Assembly: GCA_031316155.1 (NCBI GenBank)
Contig: JALDRB010000001.1
Coordinates: forward strand, 309,572 to 341,571
DNA length: 32,000 bases
Direction of reading: 5' to 3'
Origin: Candidatus Scalindua sp.
Lineage (GTDB): Bacteria; Planctomycetota; Brocadiia; Brocadiales; Scalinduaceae
The translations under genes and the position numbers were made by a program. Below the pieces are notes generated by a model. That model did no database searches, was not told the DNA's origin, and was given only the letters and a program-made list of their open reading frames with translations. Within the stretch, counting starts at the first letter, position 1; every line of letters begins with the position of its first letter. Shown here piece by piece: positions 9,258 through 16,682 of the stretch.

Positions 9258-10499
9258 CTATTCGTTTGAATATTTTGAGATGATTATGGATGAAATATTA
9301 CCTGTATCAGAAAAAGCGTTGATCAGCACATTATTTACCTCTAGCTCTCTGCTTTTATTCGGAACAAAATCTAAATCGCAGTTCTCATCTTTTTCCTGAT
9401 AATTGATTGTTGGCGGGATAACTCCATTGTTAATTGCCATGATACTGGCAACACACTGCATAGCCCCTGATGCATCAAGGCATTCACCACTCATTGACTT
9501 TATTGCGCTTATGGGGGCCTGTTTTGCGAAATCACCAAAGTACTCTTCGATAACCCTGGTTTCCATGATATCTCCCGTTTCACTTGAGTTTGCGCATGCG
9601 GATATATAAGAGATATCGTTACTTTTAAGTTTAGCATCTTTCATCGCCACGGAAATGCATCTAGCACCCTCTTCTGTGTCGAGCAAGTCATGGTTGATTT
9701 TCTTGGGATTAAAGGTGTTTCCATATCCTTTTATTTCAGCATAAATTTTTGCGTCCCTCTTTAATGCGTCTTCCAGCCTTTCGATCACTAGTAATGCAGC
9801 GGTTTCTCCTAAGATAAAGCCATTCCGTCTCTTATCAAATGGAGCGGAGATCTCAAGAGATCCATTCTTGCTGCCTGAAAGAATACCAGATTTGTACGCG
9901 CCCCAGAAAATGTCAGGGGTGAGCCCATGTACCCCTCCAGCTAATACAGCTTTCACTCTTTTCAGCTTGAGGAAATCAGAAGCGTAAATTATCGCATCCA
10001 GTCCGCTCGTAACACCAGTTGAAATAGTTGAGTTAAGACCGGTAGCTTTACAAAATATTGAAGCTCTACTTGCAGGGGCATTCAGAACTGTATTCGGGAA
10101 ATCCATGGGATTTACAAAACTTGGTCCCTCTTTTAATGCTTCTAAATCAAATGAGCTGATACTGTCTATGCTGCCATATGTCGAGCCGATCACAATTCCC
10201 AAATCTTCTTCTCCATAAATTTCATGGGTGATTTTGGCATCTTCCATTACCAGCTTTGCTGCTGAAGATGCCAGAAGCGAGGTTCTGTCAATGTGTCGTA
10301 TCCCCTTCTTGCCCAGGTATTCCTTTGCGTCAAAGTTTGATATCTCTCCTGCTTTTTTACTTTTATATCGGGAAACATCAAATAGCGTAACATCCTTTAT
10401 ACCGGAATTACCGTTTGTCAAATTGTGCCAAAATTCGTCTTTGTTTAAGCCGAGAGGAGACAAAATACTCATTCCCGTTATTACCAAGCGGATACTCAT
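9258..10499 (-). CDS. Beta-ketoacyl synthase-like protein lacking the Cys-His-His triad (CLF-like)
   Basis: It has the KS fold throughout and aligns to the neighbouring FabF. The FabF motifs TACAAG / SAHGTGT / GHTMGAAS read TGVTSG / SACANSS / GECLDASG here. The ORF is open to TTG 10541; ATG at 10499 gives the canonical MSIRLVITGM start. Confidence 0.85.
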   Translation of the reverse strand: MSIRLVITGMSILSPLGLNKDEFWHNLTNGNSGIKDVTLFDVSRYKSKKAGEISNFDAKEYLGKKGIRHIDRTSLLASSAAKLVMEDAKITHEIYGEEDLGIVIGSTYGSIDSISSFDLEALKEGPSFVNPMDFPNTVLNAPASRASIFCKATGLNSTISTGVTSGLDAIIYASDFLKLKRVKAVLAGGVHGLTPDIFWGAYKSGILSGSKNGSLEISAPFDKRRNGFILGETAALLVIERLEDALKRDAKIYAEIKGYGNTFNPKKINHDLLDTEEGARCISVAMKDAKLKSNDISYISACANSSETGDIMETRVIEEYFGDFAKQAPISAIKSMSGECLDASGAMQCVASIMAINNGVIPPTINYQEKDENCDLDFVPNKSRELEVNNVLINAFSDTGNISSIIISKYSNE

Positions 10500-10646
10500 A
10501 GTTTTTATTAATCCATCAGAAAAATGTTTTTCACTAAACAAAACGTTAACGGAGTTAATTAAGTACCGTTAACTTTGATACATGCAACTGGTATGATAAA
10601 GGTAATAATCTCTTTTTTTGGTTAGAGGACTGAGTAATGGTAACCT

Positions 10647-11867
10647 TTACCCGGAAAACTTCTTTAACACAAGACAGCTATTGTTGCCGCCAAAGGCATA
10701 TGCGTTATTCAATGCTATGTTTATTTCCATTTCGCGTTTAACATTTGGCACGAAATCCAAATCGCATTCAGGATCCTGAGTCTCAAAATTTATTGTGGGT
10801 GGAACAATACCTTCTTTGATAGCCAAAGCGCATGCAATGGCCTCTATAGCACTGGCAGCTCCCATGGTATGTCCAATCATGGATTTAATAGAACTGATAG
10901 CCAGCCGTTTCGCATGTTCTCCGAAAACCTTCTTGATTGAAATAGTTTCTGCCTTGTCGTTGGCTACGGTCCCGGTACCATGTGCGCTTATATGTTGAAC
11001 ATCCCCAGGTTTTATGTTCGCATCTCTTAATGCCTTTTCCATTGCAGAAACAACACCATTGCCGTCCGGGTGAGGAATGGTAATGTGATATCCATCGCAA
11101 CTTAATCCGTAACCTAAAATTTCTGCATAGATATTTGCGTTTCTTGCCAAGGCGTCTTCTAAAGATTCCAGCACCAGCATTCCGGCTCCTTCACCAATTA
11201 GCATTCCCTTTCTGTTCTTGTCAAAAGGCTGACAGATTTCCGGTGCAATAGCATTTAGCCTTCCAAATCCAACGTAAGCTACTTTTGAAAATGGATCTGA
11301 GCCTCCGGCGAGCATAATATTTGCTCTACCCAGTCTTATTAAATCGCATGCATAGCCAATAGCATAATTCCCTGCCGCACACGCTGTTGGGATTATTGTG
11401 GTTGGCCCCTTAAAGCCAAATTCAATTGAGATATTGGAAGGTATGTTAATGCATGGGTGACTTAAAAAGAGGTGTGGGTCGATTTTGTCTTCACCATTCT
11501 CAAATCGTAAAAGATTTACCTTCTCAAGTATCTGAATTTCACCCGCAGTTGTTCCGATAGAAACACCAACGCTTTCAGGATCTATATCTTTTGTATAAAT
11601 CTGAGAGTCATCCAAGGCAAGTTTAGTAGCAGCAATTGCAAATTGTGATCCCTTACCGATTTTCCGGTTTGAACCGTTACTCACATAATCCTCATACTTG
11701 AAGCCCTTTACCTCGCAACCTCGGTGTACTTTGAATATAGACGTATCGAAGGATTTTACTTCCGATACCCCGGATTTACCGGAAATCAAGGCATCCCAGA
11801 AAATCTCTTTTCCGCATCCTATGGGAGATATCACTCCAACACCAGTTATTACAATTCTTTTATCCAT
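10647..11867 (-). CDS. fabF: Beta-ketoacyl-ACP synthase II
   Basis: The N-terminus is [17 protein letters not shown]. The active-site Cys ([12 protein letters not shown]) and both His residues ([20 protein letters not shown]) are present, as is the C-terminal [15 protein letters not shown]. Confidence 0.95.
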   Translation of the reverse strand: MDKRIVITGVGVISPIGCGKEIFWDALISGKSGVSEVKSFDTSIFKVHRGCEVKGFKYEDYVSNGSNRKIGKGSQFAIAATKLALDDSQIYTKDIDPESVGVSIGTTAGEIQILEKVNLLRFENGEDKIDPHLFLSHPCINIPSNISIEFGFKGPTTIIPTACAAGNYAIGYACDLIRLGRANIMLAGGSDPFSKVAYVGFGRLNAIAPEICQPFDKNRKGMLIGEGAGMLVLESLEDALARNANIYAEILGYGLSCDGYHITIPHPDGNGVVSAMEKALRDANIKPGDVQHISAHGTGTVANDKAETISIKKVFGEHAKRLAISSIKSMIGHTMGAASAIEAIACALAIKEGIVPPTINFETQDPECDLDFVPNVKREMEINIALNNAYAFGGNNSCLVLKKFSG

Positions 11868-12021
11868 GAAACTTCATTCTCAAATTTCTGATTCTTTCAC
11901 CTGCACACACATCGAAAGCTCTTTGCAGTGCGAGTATACACGTTTGAAGCGTTGCGTGGTATTAATGATCATGTATAACTGCGCTCCGAAAAAGCAGTTG
12001 TTCTTATACTGTCTATCTTGC

Positions 12022-12471
12022 TTACTGCATTAAAGATTCTTTTTCTGTAACCCCAAAACTTAATGTTGCCTTCGAAACAATCTTTTCTCCAACCTTCGCT
12101 ACACCCCTTACAATTGCAGCAGTTGAAATAACTTTTTCAGTGTTGATCTCTAAGAGTAGCTGGTCGCCCGGAAAAACAGGTTTTGAAAAACGAACATTGG
12201 CTGAAGCCAATAGAAATACCTTGTCTTTGCCCTTGTCTGAATTAAAGCTCTTCTGGAAGAGAATTATCGAGGCTTGCGCCATGGCCTCTAAAATAAGAAC
12301 TCCCGGCATTATGGCAAAATCAGGAAAGTGTCCGGCAAAAAACGCTTCATTGCCTGAAATGTTTTTCAAACAAACAATTTTGCTTTCTTTTTGATATTCA
12401 ATAACCCTATCGATAAATAGGAACGGGAATTTTTGAGGAACCAGCTTCCTTACTTCCTCAAAGCCTAACAT
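12022..12471 (-). CDS. fabZ: 3-hydroxyacyl-ACP dehydratase
   Basis: It carries FPFLFIDRV and GHFPDFAIMPGVLILEAMAQ (catalytic His and Glu context). The ORF is open to TTG 12495; ATG at 12471 gives a typical N-terminus. Confidence 0.9.
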   Translation of the reverse strand: MLGFEEVRKLVPQKFPFLFIDRVIEYQKESKIVCLKNISGNEAFFAGHFPDFAIMPGVLILEAMAQASIILFQKSFNSDKGKDKVFLLASANVRFSKPVFPGDQLLLEINTEKVISTAAIVRGVAKVGEKIVSKATLSFGVTEKESLMQ

Positions 12472-12639
12472 TGTTGAATGCCTTTCGATGTTCAATTGTC
12501 TTAATATACGGATCAGTTACTTTAAGAACGACCAGTGTTTTAAAGGTGTACAAGTGCCTCTTGCATGACCTGGTTACGTAATGAACTTTTATAGCGAGCC
12601 GTTACGTTCACTTGGTGAGTTGATTAGGTCTATAAAAAA

Positions 12640-12909
12640 TTAGGTTTTTGCATTTCCCTCAATTGTTGATTTTGTCATCTCAATTGTGGCGTTTAGTGAA
12701 GTAATATCAACTAGCTTTTCTTCCGGGATCTGTATCTTGAATTTTTTTTCAATAAGCGCCAGAATTTCCAATGCTAATAAGGAATCTATTTCTAAATCTT
12801 TAAAAAAATCAGCGTCTCTTTTCTCCCATATTTCATTCTCGTCTAACTCGGTTACTTCTGCCACAATTGATGTAACCTCTTTTTCTATATTATCAACAGC
12901 CAATATCAT
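12640..12909 (-). CDS. acpP: Acyl carrier protein (dedicated, operon-leading)
   Basis: An 89-aa protein with the phosphopantetheine site DLEIDSLLALEI. GGAGG (12915-12911) is only 1 nt from ATG 12909 but 7 nt from the in-frame TTG at 12903, so the true start may be 12903. Confidence 0.9.
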   Translation of the reverse strand: MILAVDNIEKEVTSIVAEVTELDENEIWEKRDADFFKDLEIDSLLALEILALIEKKFKIQIPEEKLVDITSLNATIEMTKSTIEGNAKT

Positions 12910-13077
12910 ACCTCCTTATAAAACAGTAATTATGGAAAGTTACAATAAAACGAATTTAGAATTTAGAAAACGATATAATAATATGAACATACCGTTATAA
13001 GGCTCGCTACTGTTCGAATTATAGGGTAGTTAGCGTAAAATTCAATACCATTTAACATAAAGAAAAATTTGAATGGA

Positions 13078-13106
13078 AAAATAACAAACTTACCCTGAGA
13101 TGTCAA
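13078..13106 (-). promoter_or_regulatory. Candidate sigma70 promoter for the ACP operon
   Basis: The minus strand reads TTGACA (13106-13101), a 17-nt spacer, then TATTTT (13083-13078), about 170 nt upstream of the ACP start. Confidence 0.35.
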
Positions 13107-13120
13107 TAACAATCTTGTTT

Positions 13121-13142
13121 GAAATGAGAATATTCTCATTTC
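13121..13142. promoter_or_regulatory. Perfect 22-bp palindrome (possible operator or hairpin)
   Basis: gaaatgagaatattctcatttc is its own reverse complement. It ends 14 nt upstream of the candidate -35 at 13106-13101. Confidence 0.4.
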
Positions 13143-13152
13143 AAGTTATACA

Positions 13153-13175
13153 AAAACCATTACGAGGTGAGTATA
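13153..13175 (-). repeat. Intergenic repeat family, 5' module only (copy D)
   Basis: The minus strand reads TATACTCACCTCGTAATGGTTTT, which matches copies A (15154-15132) and B (24937-24959) at 20-21 of 23 positions. It is preceded on the minus strand by TTGGCA (13214-13209), an 18-nt spacer, TAATAT (13190-13185) and then 9 nt. Confidence 0.45.
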
Positions 13176-13254
13176 AACAAAATGATATTATGTAATTCAT
13201 AGTTTTCCTGCCAAAGTCCTATTGCTTCAGGTAAAGAGTCCGTACGTTTCAAAA

Positions 13255-14076
13255 TTATCTGCAGTTGTACCATAACGTAATAACAATATTGGGTATGTCC
13301 CATAAAAATTCTGTTGAGATAAATTCTCCCATTTCGTCTAAAGGGAGTCTGACCTGTCTGGTTTGTCCTTTTTTAATACCACCTATTTCCCTATTAATGA
13401 TAGGGATAGTTTTTAACGGGTTTACCGTATCTGACTGAGGTAGTCGATCAGAAAAATTCGGATTATTAAAGTATTCCATTAATTTCTCAATAGCAGAGTT
13501 TCTTTTTGTTGAGGCAAATATCACTATTGCTCCTTTTCCGTAATTTTTCCCAAAGGGTAACCATTTCTTCATTGGAGGCACAAAATATGTCAAATTTGCT
13601 GTCAAAGGGTTTGTCTGTGCACTGAACTTCCTTCGTGGAAAAAGTGGAAAGATGATGCCTGTTGGTTCAATCCTGAATATGTATACAAAACAGGTTCTTC
13701 TTGGGGTAAAAGATATTTTACCTTTATCTCTCCTCTGCACAACATCTCCATTATTAATTTTTACAGCAAGTGTTTTGTTGTCAACAACCTTCATCTTCAG
13801 AACGTCAAATTCTAAAAAGCTTATTTCCTCTTCTCTAGTGGTAAATCCTTTTGCTTGAAGAAGAATATCATAGAGTTTCTTTGCATTTGAAGCATATGGG
13901 CTGCCATAATTTTTCTTCAAATGTATGAGAAAGGACTTAAGGGAAGAGTTTTGGGAATTGTTTACAGGAGTATATGATGCTTCTGTGAAGTTTTCCTTCG
14001 CGGCCATTCCAAGAGCGGTTACCATTACAATAATCAACAGGTATTCAGTAAGTCTGCGAACTTTTACGGGATACAA
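13255..14076 (-). CDS. Secreted hypothetical protein, DUF4384-like C-terminal half
   Basis: The ORF is open to 14157 but would then overlap the proC 3' end by 70 nt. TTG at 14076 gives MYPVKVRRLTEYLLIIVMVTALGMAA, a signal peptide. The segment CFVYIFRIEPTGIIFPLFPRRKF...GKGAIVIFAS resembles the DUF4384 pattern. Confidence 0.6.
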   Translation of the reverse strand: MYPVKVRRLTEYLLIIVMVTALGMAAKENFTEASYTPVNNSQNSSLKSFLIHLKKNYGSPYASNAKKLYDILLQAKGFTTREEEISFLEFDVLKMKVVDNKTLAVKINNGDVVQRRDKGKISFTPRRTCFVYIFRIEPTGIIFPLFPRRKFSAQTNPLTANLTYFVPPMKKWLPFGKNYGKGAIVIFASTKRNSAIEKLMEYFNNPNFSDRLPQSDTVNPLKTIPIINREIGGIKKGQTRQVRLPLDEMGEFISTEFLWDIPNIVITLWYNCR

Positions 14077-14086
14077 TTTATTTACT

Positions 14087-14905
14087 CTATTTCGAAAAGG
14101 TTCTTCCAAGTTTTTTTGATTTTTTAGTTGCAGCCTCAACTGCATCAATGAGTGCACTTCTCATGCCGCCTTTTTCTAAAGCATGTATACCTTCAATTGT
14201 TGTTCCTCCAGGAGAGGATACAAAATCCTTTAGTTTACCTAAATGTATGTTGGATTCGAGTACCATTTTTGCAGCACCGAGAACTGTCTGTGCAGCAAGC
14301 GTTGTTGACATATCTCTGGGTAAACCCATCTTTACCCCACCGTCTGACAGTGCTTCGATAACCATATAGACATAAGCAGGTCCGCTTCCGCTTAAACCTG
14401 TTATTGCGTCAAGAAGGTGCTCTTCCAATAGATAAGCTTTTCCAACGGTCTTTAGGATATCGCAAACGAAAACCCCGTCATCACGGGTGGCATTTTTCCC
14501 CAATGAAAAACCTGCAGCACCTTCACCAACGAGACATGGAGTGTTTGGCATTACCCTGATAACCCGGCAGTTTCTGTTTAAAATCGATTCTATGAAACCC
14601 GTAGGGATTCCGGCCGCTATAGAAACAACAAGGTGTCTAACCGTTATTTCATTCTTCAATTCTTCAAGGATATGTCCTATTGTATTTGGTTTCGTGGCAA
14701 GAACGAGAATGTCAGAACAGGATGCTACTTTGTTGTTTTCCTGTGTGGTTTTAATCCCCGTTTCTCTCTCTAATATCTGGCATCGATTGTTGTCTATGTC
14801 ACTGGCCATAATTGTGTCCTTGGTAGAGAGCTTTGCATGTAAGATACCTTTTATTAAGGCCTCTCCCATCTTTCCACCACCAATAAAGCCTATTTTTTCT
14901 TTCAG
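14087..14905 (-). CDS. proC: Pyrroline-5-carboxylate reductase
   Basis: ProC family features run throughout (PNTPCLVGEGA, GSGPAYVYMVIEALSDGGV, SPGGTTIEG). The Rossmann motif IGFIGGGKMG lies upstream of the first ATG (14869). The only SD-compatible start is CTG 14905; see findings. Confidence 0.9.
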   Translation of the reverse strand: MKEKIGFIGGGKMGEALIKGILHAKLSTKDTIMASDIDNNRCQILERETGIKTTQENNKVASCSDILVLATKPNTIGHILEELKNEITVRHLVVSIAAGIPTGFIESILNRNCRVIRVMPNTPCLVGEGAAGFSLGKNATRDDGVFVCDILKTVGKAYLLEEHLLDAITGLSGSGPAYVYMVIEALSDGGVKMGLPRDMSTTLAAQTVLGAAKMVLESNIHLGKLKDFVSSPGGTTIEGIHALEKGGMRSALIDAVEAATKKSKKLGRTFSK

Positions 14906-15014
14906 TATGTTCTCCTTATCTCATGAATCCGCTGTGCAGGTATAAAATCAATACTGTAAATGGTCATGGTTTCCGCTTGATTTATTAAGGGGAGTTTCTT
15001 ATTTTATACCTATC

Positions 15015-15156
15015 CAGATATACTAAAATCGATTTGGTTTTCGGATTTACTGAAAACCAAATCCTGGTGAAGGTGTCCCCGGACAGGCGCCGAGGACTTT
15101 ACTCGCTCAATTTTATCTCGGATTTTATCCGAAAACCATTATGAGATGAGTATACA
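15015..15156 (-). repeat. Intergenic repeat family, full copy A (candidate sRNA/leader or MITE)
   Basis: On the minus strand the 5' module is TATACTCATCTCATAATGGTTTT (15154-15132). The 3' module is GTAAATCCGAAAACCAAATCGATTTTAGTATATCTG (15050-15015), identical at 33 of 36 positions to copy B. It contains a perfect 12-bp hairpin, gatttggttttc (15031-15042) / gaaaaccaaatc (15052-15063). Confidence 0.6.
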
Positions 15157-15162
15157 AACTGG

Positions 15163-15191
15163 ATTTTACTGTGGTATATAGTATGTGTCAA
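15163..15191 (-). promoter_or_regulatory. Candidate sigma70 promoter reading into repeat A and proC
   Basis: The minus strand reads TTGACA (15191-15186), a 17-nt spacer, then TAAAAT (15168-15163). The repeat's 5' module starts 8 nt downstream. Confidence 0.45.
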
Positions 15192-15205
15192 TTGTTTAAT
15201 TAAAT

Positions 15206-15814
15206 ATGAATGTTACCTTTTTCAGATGGATACCGCTTCTTTATTTCAAAATTTTTCATAGAGTTAGGTTTTATGGGTGTGAAAACGTTCCTGACTCAGG
15301 GCCTGTTGTAATTGCCCCGAACCATATCAGTTTTTATGATCCGATAATAGTTGCGATTGGTATAAAAAGAGACATGGAATTTATGGCATGGGACAGACTT
15401 TTTTCAATACCTATCCTGAATAGAGTAATACGTTTTTTTGGTGCCTTTCCAGTTGAGTTGACAAAGTTTGATAAGAGTGCATATATTAATGCCCTCAAGG
15501 CCTTGAATAACGGGCACGCGTTAATGCTCTTTCCCGAGGGGAGGAGAAGTATAGACGGAAAAATTAAAGAGTATAAACTCGGGCTTGCACGCATAGTTTT
15601 TAAGACAAATGCCCAAATAGTTCCAGTTACGATTGTTGGTGCTTATGCGGCGTGGCCAAAGCATAAAAAACTGCCACGCCCAAAAAGAATACTCGTTTAC
15701 TATCACAAACCTATGACAATTGAAAAACGCAAGTTTCAAGATATGAAAACCAGAAATGAATTCTTTGCTAAAGTAACAAACCAGGTAATGGAAGTTATTG
15801 GTAGTAAGTTGTAA
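15206..15814 (+). CDS. plsC: 1-acyl-sn-glycerol-3-phosphate acyltransferase
   Basis: The HX4D motif (APNHISFYDP) and the FPEGRRS motif are present. The size is typical of the PlsC family. Confidence 0.85.
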   Translation: MNVTFFRWIPLLYFKIFHRVRFYGCENVPDSGPVVIAPNHISFYDPIIVAIGIKRDMEFMAWDRLFSIPILNRVIRFFGAFPVELTKFDKSAYINALKALNNGHALMLFPEGRRSIDGKIKEYKLGLARIVFKTNAQIVPVTIVGAYAAWPKHKKLPRPKRILVYYHKPMTIEKRKFQDMKTRNEFFAKVTNQVMEVIGSKL

Positions 15815-15816
15815 GT

Positions 15817-16671
15817 GTGAGGAATGATAACGAAATGACTAAATTTGAAAACAGTCTAGAAAAAAAATTTAAGGTTGCGGCAATTCAATTTTGCGCAAAT
15901 GAAGAGAAAGAAGAGAATTTACAATTTATCAGCCGGCTTATCGATACTGCTGTCGAAAACGATGTAGATATTGTTGTTCTGCCTGAAATGTTTAATTGCT
16001 GCGGGCGTATTGAAGCTATGATAGAAAATGCAGAGAAAATACCCGGTTACACGACAAATCTTCTTTCGGAAAAAGCGAGAAGATTCAAAATTTGTATAGT
16101 GTGTGGAAGTATCTTTGAAAAGTTTCAAAAGGATAAGGTCTTCAACACGTCAGTGCTTGTTGGCAGGAGCGGAGAGATTTTAGCCAAGTATAGCAAGATT
16201 CACCTTTTTGATGTTGATATTTTGAACAAGATACGATATAAAGAATCCGATCATGTATTAGCGGGAAACAGACTCGTTACCGTAAACATGGGACAATTTG
16301 ATGCTGGCTTGGTTATATGCTACGACTTACGCTTCTGTGAGCTTTTTCGGGTTTTGACATTAAAGGGTGCAAAGATTTTCTTTGTTCCTGCAGCGTTTAC
16401 GGCTGCTACGGGGAAATACCATTGGGAACCGTTGATCAAGGCCCGCGCTATTGAGAATCAGGTGTTTATTGTTGCTGCAAACCAGATAGGGACGAGTCCA
16501 AATAATATTACCTGTTATGGGAAAAGTATGATAGTTGACCCATGGGGTAAGGTGCTGGCGAAGGCGAAGGATAACGAAAATATCATTTATGCTGAAGTTG
16601 ATTTGAGTTTGTTGGAGACTATTCGAGCAGAGATTCCTTTGTTTAAACATAGGCGTACCGATTTATATTGA
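15817..16671 (+). CDS. Carbon-nitrogen hydrolase (nitrilase/omega-amidase family)
   Basis: The Glu-Lys-Cys triad contexts are present: VVLPEMF, YSKIHLFD, GLVICYDLRF. GTG at 15817 or ATG at 15835 are possible starts. Confidence 0.85.
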   Translation: MRNDNEMTKFENSLEKKFKVAAIQFCANEEKEENLQFISRLIDTAVENDVDIVVLPEMFNCCGRIEAMIENAEKIPGYTTNLLSEKARRFKICIVCGSIFEKFQKDKVFNTSVLVGRSGEILAKYSKIHLFDVDILNKIRYKESDHVLAGNRLVTVNMGQFDAGLVICYDLRFCELFRVLTLKGAKIFFVPAAFTAATGKYHWEPLIKARAIENQVFIVAANQIGTSPNNITCYGKSMIVDPWGKVLAKAKDNENIIYAEVDLSLLETIRAEIPLFKHRRTDLY

Positions 16672-16682
16672 ATTTGGAGATT

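Noticed and set aside
10228-10572. 114-aa plus-strand ORF overlapping the KS-like gene start
   Set aside because: It is antisense to a KS-fold gene. Similar antisense ORFs (9403-9609, 10795-10998, 11698-12033, 12140-12394, 12686-13000) run through the whole operon and are typical shadows.
11925-11945. gagtataca between fabZ and fabF, resembling the end of the repeat family
   Set aside because: Only about 9 nt match. The rest of the 5' module (TAATGGTTTT) and the upstream promoter-like spacing are absent.
12585-13010. 9-nt inverted match (tagcgagcc / ggctcgcta) flanking the ACP gene
   Set aside because: It is too short to distinguish from chance in 32 kb, and the flanks do not extend the pairing.
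14487-14945. 152-aa plus-strand ORF opposite proC
   Set aside because: It is antisense to a strongly supported proC and has no family features.
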